Part shown: positions 10,592-22,535 of the stretch, piece by piece
Layout of the letters: every line of letters starts with the position of its first letter
Position numbering within the stretch: the stretch's first letter is position 1
Source: Streblomastix strix
Taxonomy: Eukaryota
Direction: 5' to 3'
DNA: 33,126 nt
Assembly (NCBI GenBank): GCA_008636045.1
Contig: SNRW01000062.1
Location: 1 to 33,126, forward strand
Made by a program: the position numbers and the translations under genes
Notes under the pieces: model-generated
Told to the model about the DNA's origin: nothing
The model's database searches: none
The model's input: only the letters and a program-made list of their open reading frames with translations

Positions 10592-12795
10592 TATTCTTTA
10601 AAATCCGAAGCTGATTGGGGCTCTCAGACAGTAAGTATTTTTTGCTAATTAGAGCAAATTGTTTGTATTGAGCTCCGATTTTTTTGTTTTTATAATTTGG
10701 AAAAAATTGGTGCCAACAAAAAATCAGCTTTTTAAAGCCAAAATCCTCATATTGGCATGAAAAAAATTCTATAAATGGGGGTACGAAACCAGACATAGCA
10801 CTATAATATTCGAACTTTAAGATTTAAAAAAATAAAATTTAATTAGCGCAACACATTACGAAAATGCATTGTTCGAAAAATTGAAAATAAAATTTTTTAA
10901 TTTACATCAATTAAAATTATTATTGAAAAATTTAATACAAAGAAACTTAAAATATTATATATTTTATATTTCAAGCAAATTGCAAACTATTAGCGAACAA
11001 AAAATCAATTATTATTTCAAAAGTCTATTTTCACAGCTATTAATTAACAAAATTAATTTTGAATTTCAATAATTATAAATTTTTTAATATTTAAATTATA
11101 TTAAAATCAAATTACTACATAATTTTTATTGAATCAATACAAATATTTTACAATTAATATTAAAAATTACTTATTTATATATTTTATGATAATTTTAGAT
11201 TGTAAGAATAAATATTTAATCAATATGCAATGTTGAAATGAAGATAATTCCAAAATGTGAATGACTTATAAATAAAATTAATTAGTTTGAAAAGGTTTAA
11301 ACACAAATCAAATAATTTTCACATTAGATACAGAAATAAAGAAATTTATTTTAAATAAATTCAAGATTAATATAACAATTTAACATAAATAATAGATATT
11401 TATAATAAACGAAGATGAGTTGATGATGATTATAGCTATATATGATGAAATGAAGATGTTTATAGCAAATAGACATGACTTAATGTTGAAAATAATAAAT
11501 AATGATGAAAATTATTGTCTATGATAATAAATTATAATTTATATCAATCTGAAATAAATCAAAGATACATATAAGAAATGAAGATGTCTAGAAAATGAAT
11601 ATAATATTCTGAGATGAAATGAAGGCGTATATATCAATATGATATAAAATAAAGATGAATATAATAATTGAAGAATAATTAATAATAAATAAAATAAATG
11701 AAGATGTATTGAAGATGATTAAAACAATCTGAGATGAAATATGGATGAATATAATAAGTTGAAATGAAATAAAGATAAATATAATATATCAAGATATGTT
11801 GAAGAAGAATATAACAAACTGAGAAAAAATGAAGATATTTTGAAGAAGAATATAACAAACTGAAAAAAAATGAAGATATACATAATAAATGAAGATTCAG
11901 TTAAGATTAGTTTAATAAATGAAGATGTATTGAAGAAGAATATAACAGTCTGAGATGAAAAACAGATGAATATAACAAACTGAAATGAAATGAAGATGAA
12001 TATAATAATTGAAGATGTAATGATGTTGAATATAGCAAACTGAGACTAAATGAAGATATACATAATAAATGAAGATTCAATTAAGATTAGTTAAATAAAT
12101 GAAGATGTATTGAAGAAGAATATAACAGTCTGAGATGAAATATGGATGAATATAATAATTTGAATTGAAATGAAGATGTAAATAGTAGTTGAAAATGAAT
12201 TGAAGATGAATATAACTAACTGAGATAAAATGAAGATAAACATAAAAAATGAAGATTAATTTAAGATTAATTTAATAAATGAAGATGTATTGAAGATAAA
12301 TAAATCAACCTGAGATAAAAAATAGATGAATATAACAAACTGACATTAATTTGAGAAATTTTTGATATAAGAAAATATATTGAAGATGAATATTAAAATC
12401 TGAGATGAAATGAAGGAGAAAACATTAAAAAAAGATTAATTGATGATGTAATTAATTTTTTTAGAAAAAATGATGATATACATAATAAATGAAGATTCAG
12501 TTAAGATTAGTTTAATAAATGAAGATGTATTGAAGAAGAATATAACAGTCTGAGATGAAAAACAGATGAATATAACAAACTGAAATGAAATGAAGGAGAA
12601 AACATTAAAAAAAGATTAATTGATGATGTAATTAATTTTTTTAGAAAAAATGATGAAGATTTAATTAATTAAAGATGAAATGAATTTAATTGATTGATAG
12701 TAAAATAAACATAATATTACTTTTTATTATTAAATTTAAATTTAAAACATTTGTTAAAAATTCCAACGTCGGAAGCGAAGCGACGTGCTTTCTTG
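10592..12795 (+). mobile_element. Non-autonomous Helitron derivative (or 3' extension of the preceding element) carrying a minisatellite
   Basis: Ends in hairpin ACGTCGGAAGCGAAGCGACGT (12766-12786) plus CTTG|T. Shares the 16-mer TCGGAAGCGAAGCGAC with 10563-10578. 10768-10790 resembles 4631-4653 of the large element's 5' region. No clean TC at the inferred start. Confidence 0.65.
11400..12690. repeat. Degenerate 30-bp minisatellite with ~180-bp higher-order repeats
   Basis: Monomer about TATAATAAATGAAGATGAAATGAAGATGAA. Blocks starting 11881, 12061, 12241 and 12481 are near-identical, and 12421-12480 matches 12601-12660. Confidence 0.9.
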
Positions 12796-13194
12796 TATTT
12801 TTTATGAAAAAACGCTAACCATCGTATTAGTACGCGCTACTTCAAAATTAATTTTTATACCTATGTATTTAATTATTTTATACTAGTAAACCAAAAATCA
12901 AAACAAACAAACAATCCTACATGCTACACTACACAATTTATTATAAACACCAACTTTTCTCTCCAACCCCTCTTAAATTTATTTTTATTTATTAATTAGT
13001 ATCTCTGATAAATTATATACATTCATTACAACAATAACTATTATCATTTACCATAACCATTTGTCCAAATCGTAAACTATTTTGAATAATGCGTTTTTAA
13101 GCTCAGACACTTTAAGCCAACTGAATTGAGACATTCAAAATTGTCTCACCATCTCTTTGATTTAAAAATTCGTCATTTTTATTTTCGATATTTG

Positions 13195-13422
13195 ATAGTA
13201 TGAAAAAACTTTAGAGAGTTCAAATTCATAGAAATCATAATCAATTTATTCACGCTAATATCGGATCAATTTGAGTATTTTGTGTAGGGTATATGGAATC
13301 ATACATGATTATGTATTTCCACCATAGGCAAATGGCAAAATTGACTTCCTTTATGTATTGGCGCGTATAGATTGATTATGATCTCTATGATTTTGAACTT
13401 ACCCCGAACTTCTTCTTACTAT
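13195..13422. mobile_element. MITE-like fold-back element with long imperfect terminal inverted repeats
   Basis: agttcaaattcatagaaatcataatcaatttattcacgctaata (~13217-13260) is the imperfect reverse complement of tattggcgcgtatagattgattatgatctctatgattttgaact (~13356-13399). Weaker pairing extends to ATAGTA/TACTAT termini; central hairpin ggaatcatacatgattatgtatttcc. Confidence 0.6.
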
Positions 13423-13579
13423 ACTACTTACATTTATTTATTATTTTATTTTATTTATTGATTATGCTATTTTATTACAATTTCTTTTCGTATAGTTCAT
13501 ATTACAACTAAAAATTCGCAAGAAATGACGCATTCAATTTTGAACTCTAAAATCTTTGCGTTACTAAATTAAATTTCAG

Positions 13580-14249
13580 ATGGATGCTTAAATGTTAAAT
13601 AGAAACGTATTAAGTTATATTTGAGCATTAATTGCCAAAGGAATAAAAGTATGATTGTGCTATTGTTTAATGATAAATATTCTTAATTATTTTATATATA
13701 GAATTGGAAAAAGAAGATATTATTAATATAAATTCATTTCACTTCTAAAATTATATTTTATAATACTTACTCACTTCACGAAGTACAATCTTTACATTGG
13801 AACTTAGAGATGGAATAAAAGAATTAAAATAAGCAAATAATGAATAAATATTATCATAAATATAATATAATCATGGATAATAAACTAATAATGAATAACA
13901 ACACATTATTTTATCTCTTCTTAATATTAGTTAAGAAATCAAAGATTTTGAATCTCTTCATTTAATTAATTCACTTTCTTTGAATAAACATTCCAAAACT
14001 GATTTCAAATTCAAATCAAATGATTAAAATTATGGATAAATTAAAGTAATTAATATTAGAAATTAAAAATATTTTAATAATAATATGAATGACGATGATA
14101 ATAATAATAATTTGAATTAAAATAATTAAAATAATAAAATCAATTATAATGATAAGACCAATAATAATAAAACAAATAATAATAATAATAAGACAAATAA
14201 TAATAATAAGGCCAATAATAATAATAATCCCAATAATAATAGTAAGACC

Positions 14250-14336
<87 letters not shown>

Positions 14337-14880
14337 TCAAACGCATCATAAAATTTAACAACCGAAAATATTAATAAAAATGAATAAATGAAATTTAATT
14401 TTAGAAATAATAATTTTAATAAAGATAATAAAATTCAGTAAGAAATTTAAAAATCATCAAATTTATCAAATGTTTAGAATAATCAAAAGGTGAATAATTT
14501 AAAGTAATCAAATAATTCAGATGATAATAATAAAGGAAATCACAATAACATTAGTAAGGTTTATTTTACAATTTAATCAAATATATTAAATAATTCAAAA
14601 TTTTACAATTATAAAAAAAATTGTAATTAATTGTATAAAGATATTTTTTATTTTTCTTATTATGATTAAATTTCATTTATTATTCTTTTAATTAAATTCA
14701 TATATTTTAATAATAGTCAACATCATAAATAAAATATGTATCTTCTTTATTGCAATTCTTATTTTCAGGTATTTTTAATAAATAATAAATAACAAATTAT
14801 TATATATATAAATAAATGTTATTTATAATTATTTACTAATTATTTTTTATTTTAATTATTCGTTTATTTATATTTTCTTT

Positions 14881-14979
<99 letters not shown>

Positions 14980-15598
14980 TCTATTTTATATAATTATATA
15001 TAACAGTTTATTTAATATTATAACAGACAATTAAATCTACAAAAAAGTAATTAAACTTAATGATAATAATAATAAACTTAATATTCATTATACTTCAGAG
15101 TTATAATTAATTAATAAATGTATCTAGATTTGATTATAATGAAAGATAATATGACAATGATAAATTATAATGTATATCATCAGAAACATGCCTAACTGAT
15201 TAAAATGAATAAATTTCTACATTTTCTAATCCAATTAACTCCACAAATTATGAACAATATAATATGTCAAGTTCATAATTAACTTTGAATACATAATTAA
15301 TAAACAATGATATTGATAATGAAGAAAAACAAGAAATTAATAATATTAATTAAACAACCCTTTAATAATCATACACAAAAAGACAAATATCTTCACTAAT
15401 ATTAATTAATAATAACCACAAATATAGTTAAATATATAATAAAATATTAGATAATAAAATATTTCATCTATTAATAAATGGATCATATAATTTACTATTC
15501 TTTCTCAATATAGTAATTCTTGTCTTTTATTTATTAATAAAGACTTCATCTAAATATTTTCATACATATATAACTAATTAATAAAAATAATAATAAAG

Positions 15599-15669
<71 letters not shown>

Positions 15670-16768
15670 TGAATAGTAATATGAATGGTAATAATAAGAC
15701 CAAGAATAATAATAAAATGAATTTCATTCTATTAATAATTATATCCTCCAGTATTATGAATGGATTCTTTGATGCGTAAAGTATTTATTATGTAAGAAAT
15801 ACTGGAGTAGATACTAATCCATGTGATTAATCAAACCCATGCAAATTATTAGATTGCAGTAATATTTAAATCAATGCAAATACCTTAAATGATTATTCTG
15901 TTTATATAGTTGATAGTACAGAATTATCATCATAATTTCTAATAAGTTATTCAACATCACAAAGATTAATAAGAAATTCTAGCCCATCAAGCACAACTTT
16001 TTCATCAGTTTTAATTAATAATGGAGGATACTTTAACATTACCGGATTTGTTTCATTCTTATATCTAAAATTTACAACGAGTGCTATTCTGGATTAAAAT
16101 GGAGGTGTAATAAATGGATAACTAGATTTAAATGGTAAATTAGATATTCGATAATGTATTTTCAACAAATGCAATATTACGAATTCAAAGTATGGAGGTG
16201 CTATATATTTACAAATAAATGCTAATGGATATGCTAATTTATCTGATGTTTAATTTAGTGCATGTGAAGCTGGATATGGAGCTGGTATACTTATGGATAT
16301 AAATGATGAGTCTGAGATAATATTAAATAAAATAACATTTGATACTTGTATAGCTGATGGTGATGGAGGAGGATTGTATACAAAATTTGTTGGTAATGGA
16401 ACATTAACAATGACTGGAGTAAATCTATTCAAGAATTGTTCTTCCACTAATTATGCTGGTGGATTCTGTATTAGTCCATTAAATCCAGATTATACTATTT
16501 AAATAGATGGAGATATTTAATTTGATAATTGTAGTTCAGTTTAATAAGGTGGTGCGGTATTATTTAGGTGCAGATAGATTGGATAATTTTATGCTAATAA
16601 GATTACAGTTAAAGATTGTAATTCAAATATTGGTGGTGGATTATTTATTGATATATCAGTTAAAGCCACTATTGTAATTAATTAACTTTCAATTTAAGGA
16701 TGCACTGCGGTAGATGGTGGTGGTATGAGAATAACAATTAATAATTTAGGAACATTATCAGTAACAGG
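13580..16768 (+). CDS. Large membrane/surface protein with Asn/Gln-rich N-terminal region, hydrophobic segments and GG(A/G)-Cys beta-helix (Pmp/pectin-lyase-like) repeats; truncated by the fold-back; 5' structure uncertain (ATG 15060 is an alternative start)
   Basis: One frame is TGA-free from 13701 through 16768. From 15060 it reads MIIIINLIFIILQ...LLFFLNIVILVFYLLI...N22...MNFILLIIISSSIM...NPCDQSNPCK...CIFNKC..YGGAIY..FSAC..GAGI..FDTC..DGGGLY..FKNC..AGGF..FDNC..QGGAV..KDC..GGGLF..QGC..DGGGM..GTLSVTG. Confidence 0.8.
14250..14336 (+). repeat. (AAT)29 microsatellite, poly-Asn in the coding frame
   Basis: Pure AAT run preceded by interrupted units AAT..AAGACC/AAGACA/AAGGCC (NNNKT repeats). Confidence 0.95.
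14883..14978 (+). repeat. (TAA)32 microsatellite (poly-Gln if exonic; possibly intronic)
   Basis: Pure trinucleotide run, in TAA phase relative to the long frame. Confidence 0.95.
15603..15668 (+). repeat. (AAT)22 microsatellite, poly-Asn in the coding frame
   Basis: Pure AAT run between two hydrophobic segments, in frame with ATG 15669 and 15717. Confidence 0.95.
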
Positions 16769-17457
16769 ATCAGCTATACAAGTATCAAATGTTATTTTAT
16801 TTAATATTATCTCAGACTCATCATTTATATCCATAAGTATACCAGCTCCATATCCAGCTTCACATGCACTAAATTAAACATCAGATAAATTAGCATATCC
16901 ATTAGCATTTATTTGTAAATATATAGCACCTCCATACTTTGAATTCGTAATATTGCATTTGTTGAAAATACATTATCGAATATCTAATTTACCATTTAAA
17001 TCTAGTTATCCATTTATTACACCTCCATTTTAATCCAGAATAGCACTCGTTGTAAATTTTAGATATAAGAATGAAACAAATCCGGTAATGTTAAAGTATC
17101 CTCCATTATTAATTAAAACTGATGAAAAAGTTGTGCTTGATGGGCTAGAATTTCTTATTAATCTTTGTGATGTTGAATAACTTATTAGAAATTATGATGA
17201 TAATTCTGTACTATCAACTATATAAACAGAATAATCATTTAAGGTATTTGCATTGATTTAAATATTACTGCAATCTAATAATTTGCATGGGTTTGATTAA
17301 TCACATGGATTAGTATCTACTCCAGTATTTCTTACATAATAAATACTTTACGCATCAAAGAATCCATTCATAATACTGGAGGATATAATTATTAATAGAA
17401 TGAAATTCATTTTATTATTATTCTTGGTCTTATTATTACCATTCATATTACTATTCA

Positions 17458-17528
<71 letters not shown>

Positions 17529-18147
17529 CTTTATTATTATTTTTATTAATTAGTTATATATGTATGAAAATATTTAGATGAAGTCTTTATTAATAAATAA
17601 AAGACAAGAATTACTATATTGAGAAAGAATAGTAAATTATATGATCCATTTATTAATAGATGAAATATTTTATTATCTAATATTTTATTATATATTTAAC
17701 TATATTTGTGGTTATTATTAATTAATATTAGTGAAGATATTTGTCTTTTTGTGTATGATTATTAAAGGGTTGTTTAATTAATATTATTAATTTCTTGTTT
17801 TTCTTCATTATCAATATCATTGTTTATTAATTATGTATTCAAAGTTAATTATGAACTTGACATATTATATTGTTCATAATTTGTGGAGTTAATTGGATTA
17901 GAAAATGTAGAAATTTATTCATTTTAATCAGTTAGGCATGTTTCTGATGATATACATTATAATTTATCATTGTCATATTATCTTTCATTATAATCAAATC
18001 TAGATACATTTATTAATTAATTATAACTCTGAAGTATAATGAATATTAAGTTTATTATTATTATCATTAAGTTTAATTACTTTTTTGTAGATTTAATTGT
18101 CTGTTATAATATTAAATAAACTGTTATATATAATTATATAAAATAGA

Positions 18148-18246
<99 letters not shown>

Positions 18247-18790
18247 AAAGAAAATATAAATAAACGAATAATTAAAATAAAAAATAATTAGTAAATAATT
18301 ATAAATAACATTTATTTATATATATAATAATTTGTTATTTATTATTTATTAAAAATACCTGAAAATAAGAATTGCAATAAAGAAGATACATATTTTATTT
18401 ATGATGTTGACTATTATTAAAATATATGAATTTAATTAAAAGAATAATAAATGAAATTTAATCATAATAAGAAAAATAAAAAATATCTTTATACAATTAA
18501 TTACAATTTTTTTTATAATTGTAAAATTTTGAATTATTTAATATATTTGATTAAATTGTAAAATAAACCTTACTAATGTTATTGTGATTTCCTTTATTAT
18601 TATCATCTGAATTATTTGATTACTTTAAATTATTCACCTTTTGATTATTCTAAACATTTGATAAATTTGATGATTTTTAAATTTCTTACTGAATTTTATT
18701 ATCTTTATTAAAATTATTATTTCTAAAATTAAATTTCATTTATTCATTTTTATTAATATTTTCGGTTGTTAAATTTTATGATGCGTTTGA

Positions 18791-18877
<87 letters not shown>

Positions 18878-19547
18878 GGTCTTACTATTATTATTGGGAT
18901 TATTATTATTATTGGCCTTATTATTATTATTTGTCTTATTATTATTATTATTTGTTTTATTATTATTGGTCTTATCATTATAATTGATTTTATTATTTTA
19001 ATTATTTTAATTCAAATTATTATTATTATCATCGTCATTCATATTATTATTAAAATATTTTTAATTTCTAATATTAATTACTTTAATTTATCCATAATTT
19101 TAATCATTTGATTTGAATTTGAAATCAGTTTTGGAATGTTTATTCAAAGAAAGTGAATTAATTAAATGAAGAGATTCAAAATCTTTGATTTCTTAACTAA
19201 TATTAAGAAGAGATAAAATAATGTGTTGTTATTCATTATTAGTTTATTATCCATGATTATATTATATTTATGATAATATTTATTCATTATTTGCTTATTT
19301 TAATTCTTTTATTCCATCTCTAAGTTCCAATGTAAAGATTGTACTTCGTGAAGTGAGTAAGTATTATAAAATATAATTTTAGAAGTGAAATGAATTTATA
19401 TTAATAATATCTTCTTTTTCCAATTCTATATATAAAATAATTAAGAATATTTATCATTAAACAATAGCACAATCATACTTTTATTCCTTTGGCAATTAAT
19501 GCTCAAATATAACTTAATACGTTTCTATTTAACATTTAAGCATCCAT
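16769..19547 (-). pseudogene. Mirror copy of the surface-protein gene, truncated 410 bp earlier
   Basis: Reverse complement of 13580-16358; runs into the antisense of the spacer after ..FDTCIAD. Confidence 0.7.
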
Positions 19548-19704
19548 CTGAAATTTAATTTAGTAACGCAAAGATTTTAGAGTTCAAAATTGAATGCGTC
19601 ATTTCTTGCGAATTTTTAGTTGTAATATGAACTATACGAAAAGAAATTGTAATAAAATAGCATAATCAATAAATAAAATAAAATAATAAATAAATGTAAG
19701 TAGT

Positions 19705-19932
19705 ATAGTAAGAAGAAGTTCGGGGTAAGTTCAAAATCATAGAGATCATAATCAATCTATACGCGCCAATACATAAAGGAAGTCAATTTTGCCATTTGCC
19801 TATGGTGGAAATACATAATCATGTATGATTCCATATACCCTACACAAAATACTCAAATTGATCCGATATTAGCGTGAATAAATTGATTATGATTTCTATG
19901 AATTTGAACTCTCTAAAGTTTTTTCATACTAT
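19705..19932. mobile_element. Mirror copy of the MITE-like element
   Basis: Reverse complement of 13195-13422. Confidence 0.6.
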
Positions 19933-20331
19933 CAAATATCGAAAATAAAAATGACGAATTTTTAAATCAAAGAGATGGTGAGACAATTTTGAATGTCTCA
20001 ATTCAGTTGGCTTAAAGTGTCTGAGCTTAAAAACGCATTATTCAAAATAGTTTACGATTTGGACAAATGGTTATGGTAAATGATAATAGTTATTGTTGTA
20101 ATGAATGTATATAATTTATCAGAGATACTAATTAATAAATAAAAATAAATTTAAGAGGGGTTGGAGAGAAAAGTTGGTGTTTATAATAAATTGTGTAGTG
20201 TAGCATGTAGGATTGTTTGTTTGTTTTGATTTTTGGTTTACTAGTATAAAATAATTAAATACATAGGTATAAAAATTAATTTTGAAGTAGCGCGTACTAA
20301 TACGATGGTTAGCGTTTTTTCATAAAAAATA

Positions 20332-22535
20332 CAAGAAAGCACGTCGCTTCGCTTCCGACGTTGGAATTTTTAACAAATGTTTTAAATTTAAATTTAATAA
20401 TAAAAAGTAATATTATGTTTATTTTACTATCAATCAATTAAATTCATTTCATCTTTAATTAATTAAATCTTCATCATTTTTTCTAAAAAAATTAATTACA
20501 TCATCAATTAATCTTTTTTTAATGTTTTCTCCTTCATTTCATTTCAGTTTGTTATATTCATCTGTTTTTCATCTCAGACTGTTATATTCTTCTTCAATAC
20601 ATCTTCATTTATTAAACTAATCTTAACTGAATCTTCATTTATTATGTATATCATCATTTTTTCTAAAAAAATTAATTACATCATCAATTAATCTTTTTTT
20701 AATGTTTTCTCCTTCATTTCATCTCAGATTTTAATATTCATCTTCAATATATTTTCTTATATCAAAAATTTCTCAAATTAATGTCAGTTTGTTATATTCA
20801 TCTATTTTTTATCTCAGGTTGATTTATTTATCTTCAATACATCTTCATTTATTAAATTAATCTTAAATTAATCTTCATTTTTTATGTTTATCTTCATTTT
20901 ATCTCAGTTAGTTATATTCATCTTCAATTCATTTTCAACTACTATTTACATCTTCATTTCAATTCAAATTATTATATTCATCCATATTTCATCTCAGACT
21001 GTTATATTCTTCTTCAATACATCTTCATTTATTTAACTAATCTTAATTGAATCTTCATTTATTATGTATATCTTCATTTAGTCTCAGTTTGCTATATTCA
21101 ACATCATTACATCTTCAATTATTATATTCATCTTCATTTCATTTCAGTTTGTTATATTCATCTGTTTTTCATCTCAGACTGTTATATTCTTCTTCAATAC
21201 ATCTTCATTTATTAAACTAATCTTAACTGAATCTTCATTTATTATGTATATCTTCATTTTTTTTCAGTTTGTTATATTCTTCTTCAAAATATCTTCATTT
21301 TTTCTCAGTTTGTTATATTCTTCTTCAACATATCTTGATATATTATATTTATCTTTATTTCATTTCAACTTATTATATTCATCCATATTTCATCTCAGAT
21401 TGTTTTAATCATCTTCAATACATCTTCATTTATTTTATTTATTATTAATTATTCTTCAATTATTATATTCATCTTTATTTTATATCATATTGATATATAC
21501 GCCTTCATTTCATCTCAGAATATTATATTCATTTTCTAGACATCTTCATTTCTTATATGTATCTTTGATTTATTTCAGATTGATATAAATTATAATTTAT
21601 TATCATAGACAATAATTTTCATCATTATTTATTATTTTCAACATTAAGTCATGTCTATTTGCTATAAACATCTTCATTTCATCATATATAGCTATAATCA
21701 TCATCAACTCATCTTCGTTTATTATAAATATCTATTATTTATGTTAAATTGTTATATTAATCTTGAATTTATTTAAAATAAATTTCTTTATTTCTGTATC
21801 TAATGTGAAAATTATTTGATTTGTGTTTAAACCTTTTCAAACTAATTAATTTTATTTATAAGTCATTCACATTTTGGAATTATCTTCATTTCAACATTGC
21901 ATATTGATTAAATATTTATTCTTACAATCTAAAATTATCATAAAATATATAAATAAGTAATTTTTAATATTAATTGTAAAATATTTGTATTGATTCAATA
22001 AAAATTATGTAGTAATTTGATTTTAATATAATTTAAATATTAAAAAATTTATAATTATTGAAATTCAAAATTAATTTTGTTAATTAATAGCTGTGAAAAT
22101 AGACTTTTGAAATAATAATTGATTTTTTGTTCGCTAATAGTTTGCAATTTGCTTGAAATATAAAATATATAATATTTTAAGTTTCTTTGTATTAAATTTT
22201 TCAATAATAATTTTAATTGATGTAAATTAAAAAATTTTATTTTCAATTTTTCGAACAATGCATTTTCGTAATGTGTTGCGCTAATTAAATTTTATTTTTT
22301 TAAATCTTAAAGTTCGAATATTATAGTGCTATGTCTGGTTTCGTACCCCCATTTATAGAATTTTTTTCATGCCAATATGAGGATTTTGGCTTTAAAAAGC
22401 TGATTTTTTGTTGGCACCAATTTTTTCCAAATTATAAAAACAAAAAAATCGGAGCTCAATACAAACAATTTGCTCTAATTAGCAAAAAATACTTACTGTC
22501 TGAGAGCCCCAATCAGCTTCGGATTTTAAAGAATA
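20332..22535 (-). mobile_element. Mirror copy of the minisatellite-bearing Helitron derivative
   Basis: Reverse complement of 10592-12795; minisatellite at about 20437-21727. Confidence 0.65.

Larger units (their letters stand above)
1..16358 (+). repeat. Left arm of window-spanning inverted repeat
   Basis: Position i pairs with 33127-i. The start ttacaaatta is the reverse complement of the end taatttgtaa, and every ORF outside the centre has an exact mirror (e.g. 14140..14361 vs 18766..18987). Symmetry ends at ...gatacttgtatagctgat (16358). Confidence 0.98.

Noticed and set aside
10539..11072. ORFs 10539..10796 (-) and 10869..11072 (+) as genes
   Set aside because: Short AT-rich frames overlapping Helitron terminal and non-coding sequence, with no motifs.
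11400..12690. CRISPR array
   Set aside because: Contiguous degenerate monomers with no unique spacers, no cas genes, and a eukaryotic context.
14140..14361. Poly-Tyr and poly-Ile ORFs in the track (and mirrors at 18766-18987)
   Set aside because: Alternative frames of the AAT microsatellite. The frame continuous with flanking coding sequence reads poly-Asn.
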